Source: Porphyridium purpureum (lineage: Eukaryota). Taken from it: a stretch of 64,000 nt of DNA. The notes under the pieces were generated by a model, which saw only the letters and a list, made by a program, of their open reading frames with translations, searched no databases and was not told the DNA's origin. The translations under genes and the position numbers were made by a program. Positions 1-8,561 of this stretch are shown here, in pieces; within the stretch, counting starts at the first letter, position 1, and each line of letters starts with the position of its first letter. The stretch covers positions 2,232,001 through 2,296,000 of the forward strand of contig VRMN01000002.1 of assembly GCA_008690995.1 (NCBI GenBank), given 5' to 3'.

Positions 1-312
1 CGCCTTTTCAATGATGAACTTGTTTTCCTTGTACTTTTGGGAATCTTCGAATGCTTCGAGGTACTTCCAGCCAAGCACGCTCTCGCACACGTTGCAATAG
101 ATGTCTGCGACCGTGTGCAGTCCCGTGATAAGCGTGCGGTTCTCTTTAGGACCCATGGACACATTCACAACGCTGGTGAAAAGGTACGCCTTGCCCTTTC
201 TGCCCTGGAAGGACTTACTCATGATGTCCTCATGGCACGCCAAATGCGAGTGGCACGTGACACACATGTAAACCTTGTTTCCGCTCAAATACGCCTTGTA
301 CAGTCGACCCAT
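1..312 (-). CDS. YPEL: Yippee-like (YPEL/Moh1) zinc-binding protein, 3' end runs off window
   Basis: Manual translation from ATG 312: [25 protein letters not shown]...[67 protein letters not shown], with two CxxC pairs and classic Yippee motifs. Absent from the ORF track because it is truncated. Confidence 0.95.
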   Translation of the reverse strand, partial: MGRLYKAYLSGNKVYMCVTCHSHLACHEDIMSKSFQGRKGKAYLFTSVVNVSMGPKENRTLITGLHTVADIYCNVCESVLGWKYLEAFEDSQKYKENKFIIEKA

Positions 313-1621
313 TTGTGGACCCTCCTTCTCGCCAGTCGCGCACACCCTTCTCTGTCGAAAGTTCAGACAAAGACGTGAAAGCCGGTGGGCGGCCCAGAAG
401 AAAGCGAATCACGCCAAGGTCAAGAGCAAAAACAGAAAGAAAGCGCGGCACTGTGGAATCTCCAATGAAGGCAATGTACGCGAATCTCCACGCACGCGCG
501 GCGCATCAGCCGCTGAATTCCGTTCGTCTTGTGTTCAAGTTGCTCTGCCACTGCACAGAATTGGTACGGCGCCTGCGTTTTCTGTGCGTATGGAGGACCG
601 TCCGCTGACACTGCTCCTTGATGAACTCCCAGGTAGAGAGCCCGCACGCCGTGTCACTGCGCGCGGGTTCTGGGAAATGAGCGTGGCTGTGAAGCAGCGT
701 GAGAAAAGAGACAGGACAGCAATGACGACAGCCCCGCCTTGCTACAAGTCCCACAGCAGAAGCGAATCAGATGAGCGCCTCGACGCTTAAGAAAACACCT
801 CCCCAGCGTGTTCGGCAACCGCACCAGCAGACGCGCAGAGCCAAGCCAAGCCTCTGCAGCAGAACGAACCCACCCGCAACTCGAGACACAGGGCGTTGAA
901 CTGTGCACGTACCACGTCACGCAATGCGCCTGGAGCACCTTTCCCCCCGCGTTCTCCCTCAGCGACTCCAGCACACTTCTGCAGCCCCAACACACTGTCG
1001 CGATGAGAACACCCCCACGTGCGCGCTGGCCTCCCGACTGCCACCCCAGAATTGAACTTGCAACGTCTGCGCGCGGCCTCCTGCTGTCTCCGTCCCTCTC
1101 TCCCTCTCCCCTCTCTTCCAACCGCTCCGAAGATCTCGCGGCAACTCAAAGAATAAACCGCCCCAGTGCGAACTTGCTAGTAAAGTAGCCGAATTTGCCA
1201 CAAATACTCGCAAGCCACGTTCCATTCCGCGATCCTGTGCGCTGTACCTGGAGGTACAGTGCCGGATCGGTAGCTGCATGGCACGCGTGGCAGTGAGGCT
1301 CTCGAACACAGCTCGCCTTGCATCGACGTGCGCAGCTGTGCGTGCCCGCTGCGTTCGGACAGCGATGCCAGGAGATGCCCGTTGGTCTTTTACATCAGCT
1401 CGATCTACTCATGTTCAGAATGCTCCATTTCTTTTCGGCTCCTGCGTCGCCTGGTCGAGTTCTACACTTAGATGCCTTTTAGTTATTGTTGAGCACGGCC
1501 CCGGAAGACCCGAACGGGTCCAGTTGGGACGCGAGTTTGCTGTTTCTAATATGAGGGGTGTCTCGTACGGGCCTCGCACCTGGGCCACGTGGATGAAAAC
1601 GGTCAAGGAATTCAAGCCGTG

Positions 1622-2245
1622 CTACTGTGCGCATTGCACTAACATCGCTCCGAGATCTGCTTGCTCGCCTTCAATGCAGGTGTGGAGCCGGTTGCGCAAG
1701 CGCACGAGCTCCACAACATCTACGCCTGCTTCAAGGAGCGCACGCCGTCCGTCTGCCGCATCTGGCGCGTCGCTGCACAAAATCGTCGCCATAATCTCGG
1801 CCTGCTGAAACTCGAACTGCTGCTCCGAAATCAGCAAGTTGTACTTGAGGAGCTCCAACATCTCGCGCTCCAAAAAGTTCAGCTCCTCAAGCAGGAGACC
1901 GCCCATCTTGGCGAAGAACTTGTTGTTGTAAAAGCGGTCCTCATAAAACTTGTTTGAGATAAGGACGGCCGAGATGAGAAGGCGGTGCACCGTGTAGACA
2001 GTGATCGGCACGCCTGACCGCTCCATGTACACCACAGCGGCCACAAAATTAGCTTGCGAGCATGTCGCGTTGTACTTGAGGATGCGCTTCAGATAGTCCT
2101 CGACCGAGATTGGGGGTGGTCGCAGCGCATGAAACGCGGTTCGCTGCGCCGACGGGGCCTCTCTGACCAATTTCTTGCGCAGGTACGCACTCAACGTTGG
2201 CAAAAGCACCGCCTCACTGTTCACAAGCACGTCCTTCCCGTCCAT
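1622..2245 (-). CDS. PHO80/U(P)-type cyclin
   Basis: FHALRPPPISVEDYLKRILKY, VHRLLISAVLISNKFYEDRFYNNKFFAKMGG, ELNFLEREML are typical cyclin-U/PHO80 motifs. First ATG at 2245. Confidence 0.9.
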   Translation of the reverse strand: MDGKDVLVNSEAVLLPTLSAYLRKKLVREAPSAQRTAFHALRPPPISVEDYLKRILKYNATCSQANFVAAVVYMERSGVPITVYTVHRLLISAVLISNKFYEDRFYNNKFFAKMGGLLLEELNFLEREMLELLKYNLLISEQQFEFQQAEIMATILCSDAPDAADGRRALLEAGVDVVELVRLRNRLHTCIEGEQADLGAMLVQCAQ

Positions 2246-3151
2246 CACCCCGAGAACGCCCCACCCTCCTTTTGCGCCACGCCAGTCGCCAAGCCCGTTT
2301 GCGCGGCTCGCAACAGCCCGGGATGTCGTCGTCAGTAGCCGCACGAGTCCTCAATCTGCCTTGTCTGCCACTTGTCTACTGCTTGTTTGCCACTTGTCCT
2401 TTCTCGCCCAGCCGTTTACGTTCGACTGCGACCTGCTTGTTTCCAGTCTTTCCTCCTAGTTTCAATCTGTGCGGGTCAGTCAGCACGACCTACTCTGAGA
2501 GTGACAGCCAGAGATGGCAGTTGCGTGTGCTTTCGTGTCCTGTTCGAAACTCAAACCCAAACGAGAACAAAGAAGACACGAGAAAGCTGTCCGTCGCTGG
2601 CGCGCGCGCGCGCGCGCTATTACTGTTGCGTGTCACGAGGTGCGCGTCCTCTCCCACACAGCGGCGCAGTTGTAAAAAGAATGGCAGGGATCCCGACCTC
2701 ACACCTCTTCCGCAGCAACGTTACGCGTGCGCCACATCGCCCCTCTTTTCATCCACGCGACCTCCCACGTCGACGCCGCTGGCGCCGCGCCACTGGCGCT
2801 GCGAAAGCAGCACTGTACACCCTCCACGAGCTATGTACAGTCGCCACATCCCGCTGCCGCGCCGCTTAGCCGGTTAACCGATGAACCGGTATCCGATATA
2901 TGGCGCGAATCGCAGAAAAGTGACGACTGGCCGCAGACCGTCGTGGAGGATCGAGCACGGCGGATATGAAAAGGTAAGGTACAGTTATTACTGTACCGTA
3001 ACATGAGTTCACTATCGGTTCAAGCGGCTCGTCTGAGACCCGTATTAAGTGAACCGATAACAGCAACTCAGCTCGAGTCTACGCGAGCTGCGGAGCTCTG
3101 AAATCATTTCGGACCGAATGCCAGGGTGATGGAGGTTTTTACAATAGTAAG

Positions 3152-3579
3152 CTGTGTTATTGCTTCCTGAGGGATTTGCGAAGACTCAGAGGTCGGACTC
3201 CAATTAATGGAAGCTCCGGCCGATGCTGCAGCCGATTCTGCCATGATCTTGAACGGGTCTGGGCAAGTATTGTCTGAGAGGGACCGAAAGCTCGGACGGC
3301 TAGATCGGAACAATCTTCTTCCTTTTGTATTTTCCTCACCTCTTATTCTAGCCTTGCTTCAAAACCGAGCAAGGGTGCCAGGCGCTAGTCGCCAGGTCTT
3401 TGTTCCTTTTATAGTGCTACTCCGTCGACCTATATTAATTAAGTCCAGGTCGCCGGCGGCTCAGTCCTGCCAGAATTTAGCCGGTGGCTCAATCTTTCCT
3501 GACCTTTGTCAGCGGCTCATTCTCGTCCGAGTTTCGTCAGCGGCTCATTCTATTCGCCACTTTGGGCAACATATTGCAG
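3152..3579 (-). repeat. 3' LTR (428 bp)
   Basis: Identical by eye to 8024-8451 (offset 4872); the ORF-track peptides from both copies are also identical. Confidence 0.95.
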
Positions 3580-3590
3580 CGCCCCCTCAA
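3580..3590 (-). other. Polypurine tract (PPT)
   Basis: Minus strand reads TTGAGGGGGCG immediately before the 3' LTR, overlapping the pol stop codon. Confidence 0.85.
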
Positions 3591-6500
3591 AGTTGCGAAC
3601 GATGCTTGGTAAATTCCGCAGCAGCAAGCTGCTTTGTGAAAATGTCTGCCACATTTTCCGATGTGTGAACATATTCGAGGCACAGGCCAAGCTCCTTATT
3701 GAAGAATAAGTCATGTAAGAAACAGAGTGATACCCTTGCGATCTTGTGCATGTATCGCAGCTTCTTGGAGTACCCGTGTTGTGTGTCTTTGATCGCCGCT
3801 TCATTGTCACAGTATACAGTCACTGGCAGAGGTTTGCCGACTTCATCTAGCATCATAGAGATCGGCAACACGGCCGCTTTCAGGGTAACGCTGAGTGCAT
3901 AAATTTCTGATGCCGCGGTTGAATCAAACACTGCACCTTGCTTCGACGAACTCCAGTCTATTATGCTTCTTTTTCCATTGCCGTCCTCAAGAAAACAACA
4001 ATATCCTGTTGTTGACTTTGAAGTGAATAAGCAGCCCGCATGGTCTGCGTCAGAATACGCCCGCATTGCTCTCCACTTACCCAGCTTCTTGATGGTCAAC
4101 CCTTCTGTTGCAGTTCTGTCAATATATTCGATTATTCTTGTAAGCATTGCGTCTGCATATTTCGACCACGAGTGCGTGTGTCGCGACAGTAGCGCCACCG
4201 CCGTTATGACATCAGGTCTCGCAGTACGGGCTAACCACAGAAGCATGCCGATAAATTTCGCAGCTTTCTCTTCGTATTCGCCGGCCTCATCGAGGCGCAG
4301 GTCCTTTTTGTTCATCTTGTTAAGGTACGGAGTATTCGCCCACTTCAAACTTTCACCAGTGTTACGCAGAAGCTTAAATTCGTCCACCACATGTTTTGTG
4401 TATTCTGGCAGGCTCACGACAATTTGATCATTCGTTCGCACGAAGTTCATGCCCATATACCTTGTTCCCTTGTCATCAACCTTTTGGAATCCTTTTTGTA
4501 TCGTAAAAGTTTCTTTCAATTCGTTCTGCAATTTGGTTTGATGTAATTGCGGAGCGGCAAGCAAGATGTCATCGACATATAACGCGAGCATATAAGTTTC
4601 GTCTCCTGATCTCCTCACATACAAATTTCGATCCGCATTGGTCGGCGTCCAACCTAGTTGCTTCAGCTGCTCTCTGGCGTATTGATTGTAATCTCCGCCC
4701 GATCGTGGTAAACCGTAGAGAGCTTTTCTGAGTCGCACAACCGGAGCAATCTTCGCGGGTCCGACCTTGACCATATCTTGCGGGACTCTCATGTACACGG
4801 CCGGCCCTAACAGAGGGGCATGCAAGTAAGCGTAATCAATGTCCGATATCCAAATCTCGTGACCATGGGAAAGTGCGAAGTTCAGCGTCACTCGCAAAGC
4901 CTGTAATGATGCCGGTACTTCGTATGGGATTTCCTCATTTGATAGAATCAGCTGAGCACCTTCTACCGACCGCAAATTGCAACCCTGTGCTACTAGGCGT
5001 GCTTTTGGCGTCGCCCTCGCTGGCCCAAGCTCCCAATTTTTCAAACCGTAAATAAACCTGAACCTGACAACTTGGGCATCACGTTCTGTAATATCGTCAT
5101 GCTCAATTATCTCCTGGATGTCGAAAGTTCCGGCCTTCGCGTGAGCTGACAATTCATTTGCAATAGCCGCTTTCCAATCGTATGGCCAATCTTTGATGCT
5201 TTTGACTGGCTTTGTTAACAAGCCAAATTGACGAGGGGCTCGTTTTATCCTTGCTGATCTGCGCACCGTTTCAAGTGGGTCGTCGGGTGCAGTTTCTTCA
5301 CGGTGTTGCGTGTTGTCTTCATGTTGAAATGATACTTCTTTCTTGCTTGTTGAGTCGGAACTAGTCAGCAGCTGGGGTCCATCGTCGTCAGAGTTACGTA
5401 TCGTCCATTCTTCATCGCCACAGGTATCCTCATTGTCATGGACGATGGTCGGTCCATCATCAAGAGCCCGTATTGTGTTTTCGAGTAGCGCTTCCCTGTG
5501 TCGGTCCACTAAGCTCTGTTGACCGTTTGCTTCGTCTGGATCTTGATCAGTGTTAGAAATATGGTCAATGGAGCCTTGTGGCTCCCATATTGCTGACTTA
5601 ATTCGGGTGAATTCATGAGCGGCTTCGTTCATAGGCTCATAAAATGCCCCTTCTCTATTGATGGGGGTGTCTCGCGGTCGGCTTTCCTGGTCATCTTGGC
5701 ATTTGCATCGAGACAAAGCACACCCTTGGTCTCGATTATGCTTGGCTTTGTGACCGATACATGCTGGGCAAGTGAGGGCGTGCCCGCTTACGATGAAGTT
5801 ACATGTCAAGCATATCTGCCATGCGCTCTCGCTGAATCGTTCCTTGTACAATACGTTACCCTCCGTTCGCATTAATCCTAGGCTGCGCGCTGGGAAATTT
5901 CCTTTCAACACTCTCACATCTCTTGTTTTCACGGTCCGTACCGTTCCGCTTCTGTCGTTGTCTGCCCAGTTTTTGAGACTGGCATAGTCCAAAATCAGGT
6001 ATCCCGTGTCGTTTTGCCCCAATATCAGTCCGATCTTCCCCCTCGGTTCATGTTTCCGAGCCAAATCATTCAAATATACTACTCCTGTGCCAAAAATGTG
6101 AGGGATGTAGGGAGGATCCATGTGGTACCTACTTTTGAACGGAGATACACCATGGGCTTTGGTTGTGTGGAATCTATTACTTGCGAAGGAAAAGGACTTA
6201 GCCGCGTAAACCGCGAAGGCGGGTGGGAGTCCGGCATGGAAGAGGAGGCAGCGGATGCCTGGATTTAAGGTGGCATGCATGCTCTCGTGAGTGGAGTTTG
6301 TGTTGTGTCTTTCGGGTAGACTAACACTGTGGTTGACGAGATTATCTCTTAGTGCGTCTGTAAAGCTTCCGGCGAATTCCGTTCCACCGTCCGTGCGGAT
6401 AATCTTTGGCCATTCTCTCATCCCATTCCTCCGCATTATGTCTTTGAAACTGTTCAAGACATCGTCAGCATGCTTGCTTGTTAGACCTTCCACGTCTATC

Positions 6501-7087
6501 CATTTGGAGTGACCGTCAAGAAATGTGAGGAGGTAATTAAGACCTCCGATGCCCTGCTCGCCTAATACTAGTAGGTCCAAGCTGATGTAGTCCCCAAACC
6601 TTTCACCCCTGATTCTGGTGATGGTGTTCCTTTTCGCTGGGGTCTTCTTGATCTTCGCAGCAGTACATGTGATGCATTGCTCAGTCATGGGCATGTGCGT
6701 CAGCTCGTGATTCTCGGCCAGTAGTGATTTGTGAATTTTCAGTACTGGGCAGTTGCTTTCCACGTCAAGTATGATTTGGTTTTCCTTTCTGACCAGAACT
6801 GGATGTCCGTAGGAGTTGGCTTTCCATATGAAATTCCAGCCATTTTTCACCAACTCCCCCATAGAAATGAGAGAGGGTGCATGGTCAACAGTGTATACCT
6901 CAAGTATTCCAAAGCCTGATTGTACTTTGGTCAGTCGTTTAGGGCGCACAGTGCCGGATATCGTCCCAAGATTTCCATATGATTTTGCTATGGATATTGG
7001 TTTTCCTAGTAGGATCGGATCACTTGCTATCGAACGGCTCGCACCGCTATCTATGATATACGAATCCTTGCACTGTACGCTGTACCC
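3587..7087 (-). CDS. pol: Pol polyprotein (protease-integrase-RT-RNase H), in frame behind the gag UGA
   Basis: PR YIIDSGAS (D at 7051, upstream of the ORF-track start). IN HELTH..CITC, SLD/RTDGGTEF/HES (DDE), GKIG..LG..GY. RT KARLVAQG, LRKALYGL, YVDDILL. RNase H YSDADHAG, CDNEAAI, ADIFTK. Confidence 0.95.
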   Translation of the reverse strand, partial: GYSVQCKDSYIIDSGASRSIASDPILLGKPISIAKSYGNLGTISGTVRPKRLTKVQSGFGILEVYTVDHAPSLISMGELVKNGWNFIWKANSYGHPVLVRKENQIILDVESNCPVLKIHKSLLAENHELTHMPMTEQCITCTAAKIKKTPAKRNTITRIRGERFGDYISLDLLVLGEQGIGGLNYLLTFLDGHSKWIDVEGLTSKHADDVLNSFKDIMRRNGMREWPKIIRTDGGTEFAGSFTDALRDNLVNHSVSLPERHNTNSTHESMHATLNPGIRCLLFHAGLPPAFAVYAAKSFSFASNRFHTTKAHGVSPFKSRYHMDPPYIPHIFGTGVVYLNDLARKHEPRGKIGLILGQNDTGYLILDYASLKNWADNDRSGTVRTVKTRDVRVLKGNFPARSLGLMRTEGNVLYKERFSESAWQICLTCNFIVSGHALTCPACIGHKAKHNRDQGCALSRCKCQDDQESRPRDTPINREGAFYEPMNEAAHEFTRIKSAIWEPQGSIDHISNTDQDPDEANGQQSLVDRHREALLENTIRALDDGPTIVHDNEDTCGDEEWTIRNSDDDGPQLLTSSDSTSKKEVSFQHEDNTQHREETAPDDPLETVRRSARIKRAPRQFGLLTKPVKSIKDWPYDWKAAIANELSAHAKAGTFDIQEIIEHDDITERDAQVVRFRFIYGLKNWELGPARATPKARLVAQGCNLRSVEGAQLILSNEEIPYEVPASLQALRVTLNFALSHGHEIWISDIDYAYLHAPLLGPAVYMRVPQDMVKVGPAKIAPVVRLRKALYGLPRSGGDYNQYAREQLKQLGWTPTNADRNLYVRRSGDETYMLALYVDDILLAAPQLHQTKLQNELKETFTIQKGFQKVDDKGTRYMGMNFVRTNDQIVVSLPEYTKHVVDEFKLLRNTGESLKWANTPYLNKMNKKDLRLDEAGEYEEKAAKFIGMLLWLARTARPDVITAVALLSRHTHSWSKYADAMLTRIIEYIDRTATEGLTIKKLGKWRAMRAYSDADHAGCLFTSKSTTGYCCFLEDGNGKRSIIDWSSSKQGAVFDSTAASEIYALSVTLKAAVLPISMMLDEVGKPLPVTVYCDNEAAIKDTQHGYSKKLRYMHKIARVSLCFLHDLFFNKELGLCLEYVHTSENVADIFTKQLAAAEFTKHRSQL

Positions 7088-8116
7088 TCATGCTTGATCT
7101 TCATTGTTCACTATTTCGGCCCACATGTTCATTGCATCTTGATCGTGTTCACTTGCATCTGCGTATTCATTCGTCGACTTCTGCGATTTTTTCGCTTCAG
7201 CATATTTGCGCCTTTCCTCGGGTGGAATATATGATGGGCTGTCTGGATTACGCTTACATTTGCCTGGTCTGCAGCGCCTTCCATTGACTGGAATGTATGA
7301 GTAATTCTTTGCGCAAAATTTGCAAAGATTCGTCTTATTTTTGAGTTCAGGCATGTCACGGTTTTCTGAGCCGGCGTAGCCATTGTCATGTTTGCGGTAA
7401 CCTTCTGCTTCGTACATTAATTTTTCGACGATTTCCACGTATGTATCGCCAGTCGCAACTGAAAGCTTGTACGTTAGCATAGCATCCGGGATGTGCTCTA
7501 TCTTTGGCTTCAGGAATCCTTTCAACAGTGGCTCATTCGTTGGACTGGTCGGGTCTATATTAGCGCGGCTCACTTCTGTTGCCATCTTTGTCAGAAAGTC
7601 TTGCATGTCATGCATCCCACGGCACTGCAGCCGTGTTATATTGCTTATGCCGCATTCTGTGTCAGATTTTGAATGACCTTGCTGTACTCGCTGCAAGACG
7701 CCCATCAGTTCATATCCGTTCTGCGTGTTTGCAATGATCGCATGACTTTTGATGTTGTCGGCGTACTTCGTGTCGGTATTTAGAGCCAGCATAATCGCAT
7801 GGTGCAATCGGCGACCGAAATGCTTAGTCACAATGAAGGCAAGCATGCTTGAGTCATCTGTACCGGTCGGAACCAGCTGACGCCCAGCTTTTATGCACAT
7901 CTTTGCGTCGTTCGCAAACTTCCCCAGGAATGAAGGAAGGTTCAGATTGATGGTGCGACAAAATGAGTCGTAGTTTGTCGCGGTCAGCGGTACTAGTGGG
8001 ATCACCCCGCCGGGCTCATAACCCTGTGTTATTGCTTCCTGAGGGATTTGCGAAGACTCAGAGGTCGGACTCCAATTAATGGAAGCTCCGGCCGATGCTG
8101 CAGCCGATTCTGCCAT
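7088..8116 (-). CDS. gag: Gag (342 aa), ATG inside the 5' LTR
   Basis: Open frame from ATG 8116 to TGA 7088-7090, located before the protease. C-terminal Cys cluster CKFC...CRPGKC with a basic region. Confidence 0.85.
   Translation of the reverse strand: MAESAAASAGASINWSPTSESSQIPQEAITQGYEPGGVIPLVPLTATNYDSFCRTINLNLPSFLGKFANDAKMCIKAGRQLVPTGTDDSSMLAFIVTKHFGRRLHHAIMLALNTDTKYADNIKSHAIIANTQNGYELMGVLQRVQQGHSKSDTECGISNITRLQCRGMHDMQDFLTKMATEVSRANIDPTSPTNEPLLKGFLKPKIEHIPDAMLTYKLSVATGDTYVEIVEKLMYEAEGYRKHDNGYAGSENRDMPELKNKTNLCKFCAKNYSYIPVNGRRCRPGKCKRNPDSPSYIPPEERRKYAEAKKSQKSTNEYADASEHDQDAMNMWAEIVNNEDQA
8012..8023 (-). other. Primer-binding site complementary to the anticodon arm of initiator tRNA-Met (half-tRNA priming)
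   Basis: Minus strand GGTTATGAGCCC directly after the 5' LTR; plus strand reads GGGCTCATAACCCTG, the tRNA-iMet anticodon arm. Confidence 0.9.
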
Positions 8117-8451
8117 GATCTTGAACGGGTCTGGGCAAGTATTGTCTGAGAGGGACCGAAAGCTCGGACGGCTAGATCGGAACAATCTTCTTCCTTTTGT
8201 ATTTTCCTCACCTCTTATTCTAGCCTTGCTTCAAAACCGAGCAAGGGTGCCAGGCGCTAGTCGCCAGGTCTTTGTTCCTTTTATAGTGCTACTCCGTCGA
8301 CCTATATTAATTAAGTCCAGGTCGCCGGCGGCTCAGTCCTGCCAGAATTTAGCCGGTGGCTCAATCTTTCCTGACCTTTGTCAGCGGCTCATTCTCGTCC
8401 GAGTTTCGTCAGCGGCTCATTCTATTCGCCACTTTGGGCAACATATTGCAG
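8024..8451 (-). repeat. 5' LTR (428 bp)
   Basis: Direct repeat of 3152-3579. Contains TATAAAA (8279-8285, minus strand), the 28-bp array and the gag ATG. Confidence 0.95.
8279..8285 (-). promoter_or_regulatory. TATA box of LTR promoter
   Basis: CTATAAAAG on the minus strand about 165 nt upstream of the gag ATG and downstream of the U3 repeat array. Confidence 0.6.
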
Positions 8452-8561
8452 GTAAGGAATGTTGACGGCCTTCTCTGCATGATCAGGAAGACGAAGAGGA
8501 GAGCAGCAGAATTCACAGCAGATACTGTGCGGTACGGGAGCGGGAGAGAGATGCGGGAAGG

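Larger units (their letters stand above)
3152..8451 (-). mobile_element. Full-length Ty1/copia LTR retrotransposon (5300 bp), recent insertion
   Basis: Two direct LTRs, PBS, PPT and gag-PR-IN-RT-RNaseH order (copia). 5-bp TSD GTAAG at 3147-3151 and 8452-8456. Confidence 0.97.

Noticed and set aside
3030..3062. TPP-riboswitch-like fragment CTGAGA-CCCGT..GAACC-GAT
   Set aside because: Lacks the P4/P5 GGATAATGCC-type loop and the closing AGCGTAGGGA segment; partial resemblance only.
3104..3313. 69-aa ORF as an independent gene
   Set aside because: It is the gag N-terminus duplicated in the 3' LTR and running into flanking DNA.
3268..3315. Hammerhead-like CTGAGAG-GGAC-CGAAA in the LTR (plus strand)
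   Set aside because: Core lacks N7, stem II is 1 bp, stem I cannot pair adjacent to the core, and it is antisense to the element.
3452..3563. 28-bp periodic array as a CRISPR
   Set aside because: Core is only ~10 bp, it lies within both LTRs of a eukaryotic retrotransposon, and there are no cas genes.
3587..6949. ORF-track start of pol at 6949
   Set aside because: This GTG lies downstream of the protease DSG motif; the true frame extends to the gag UGA.
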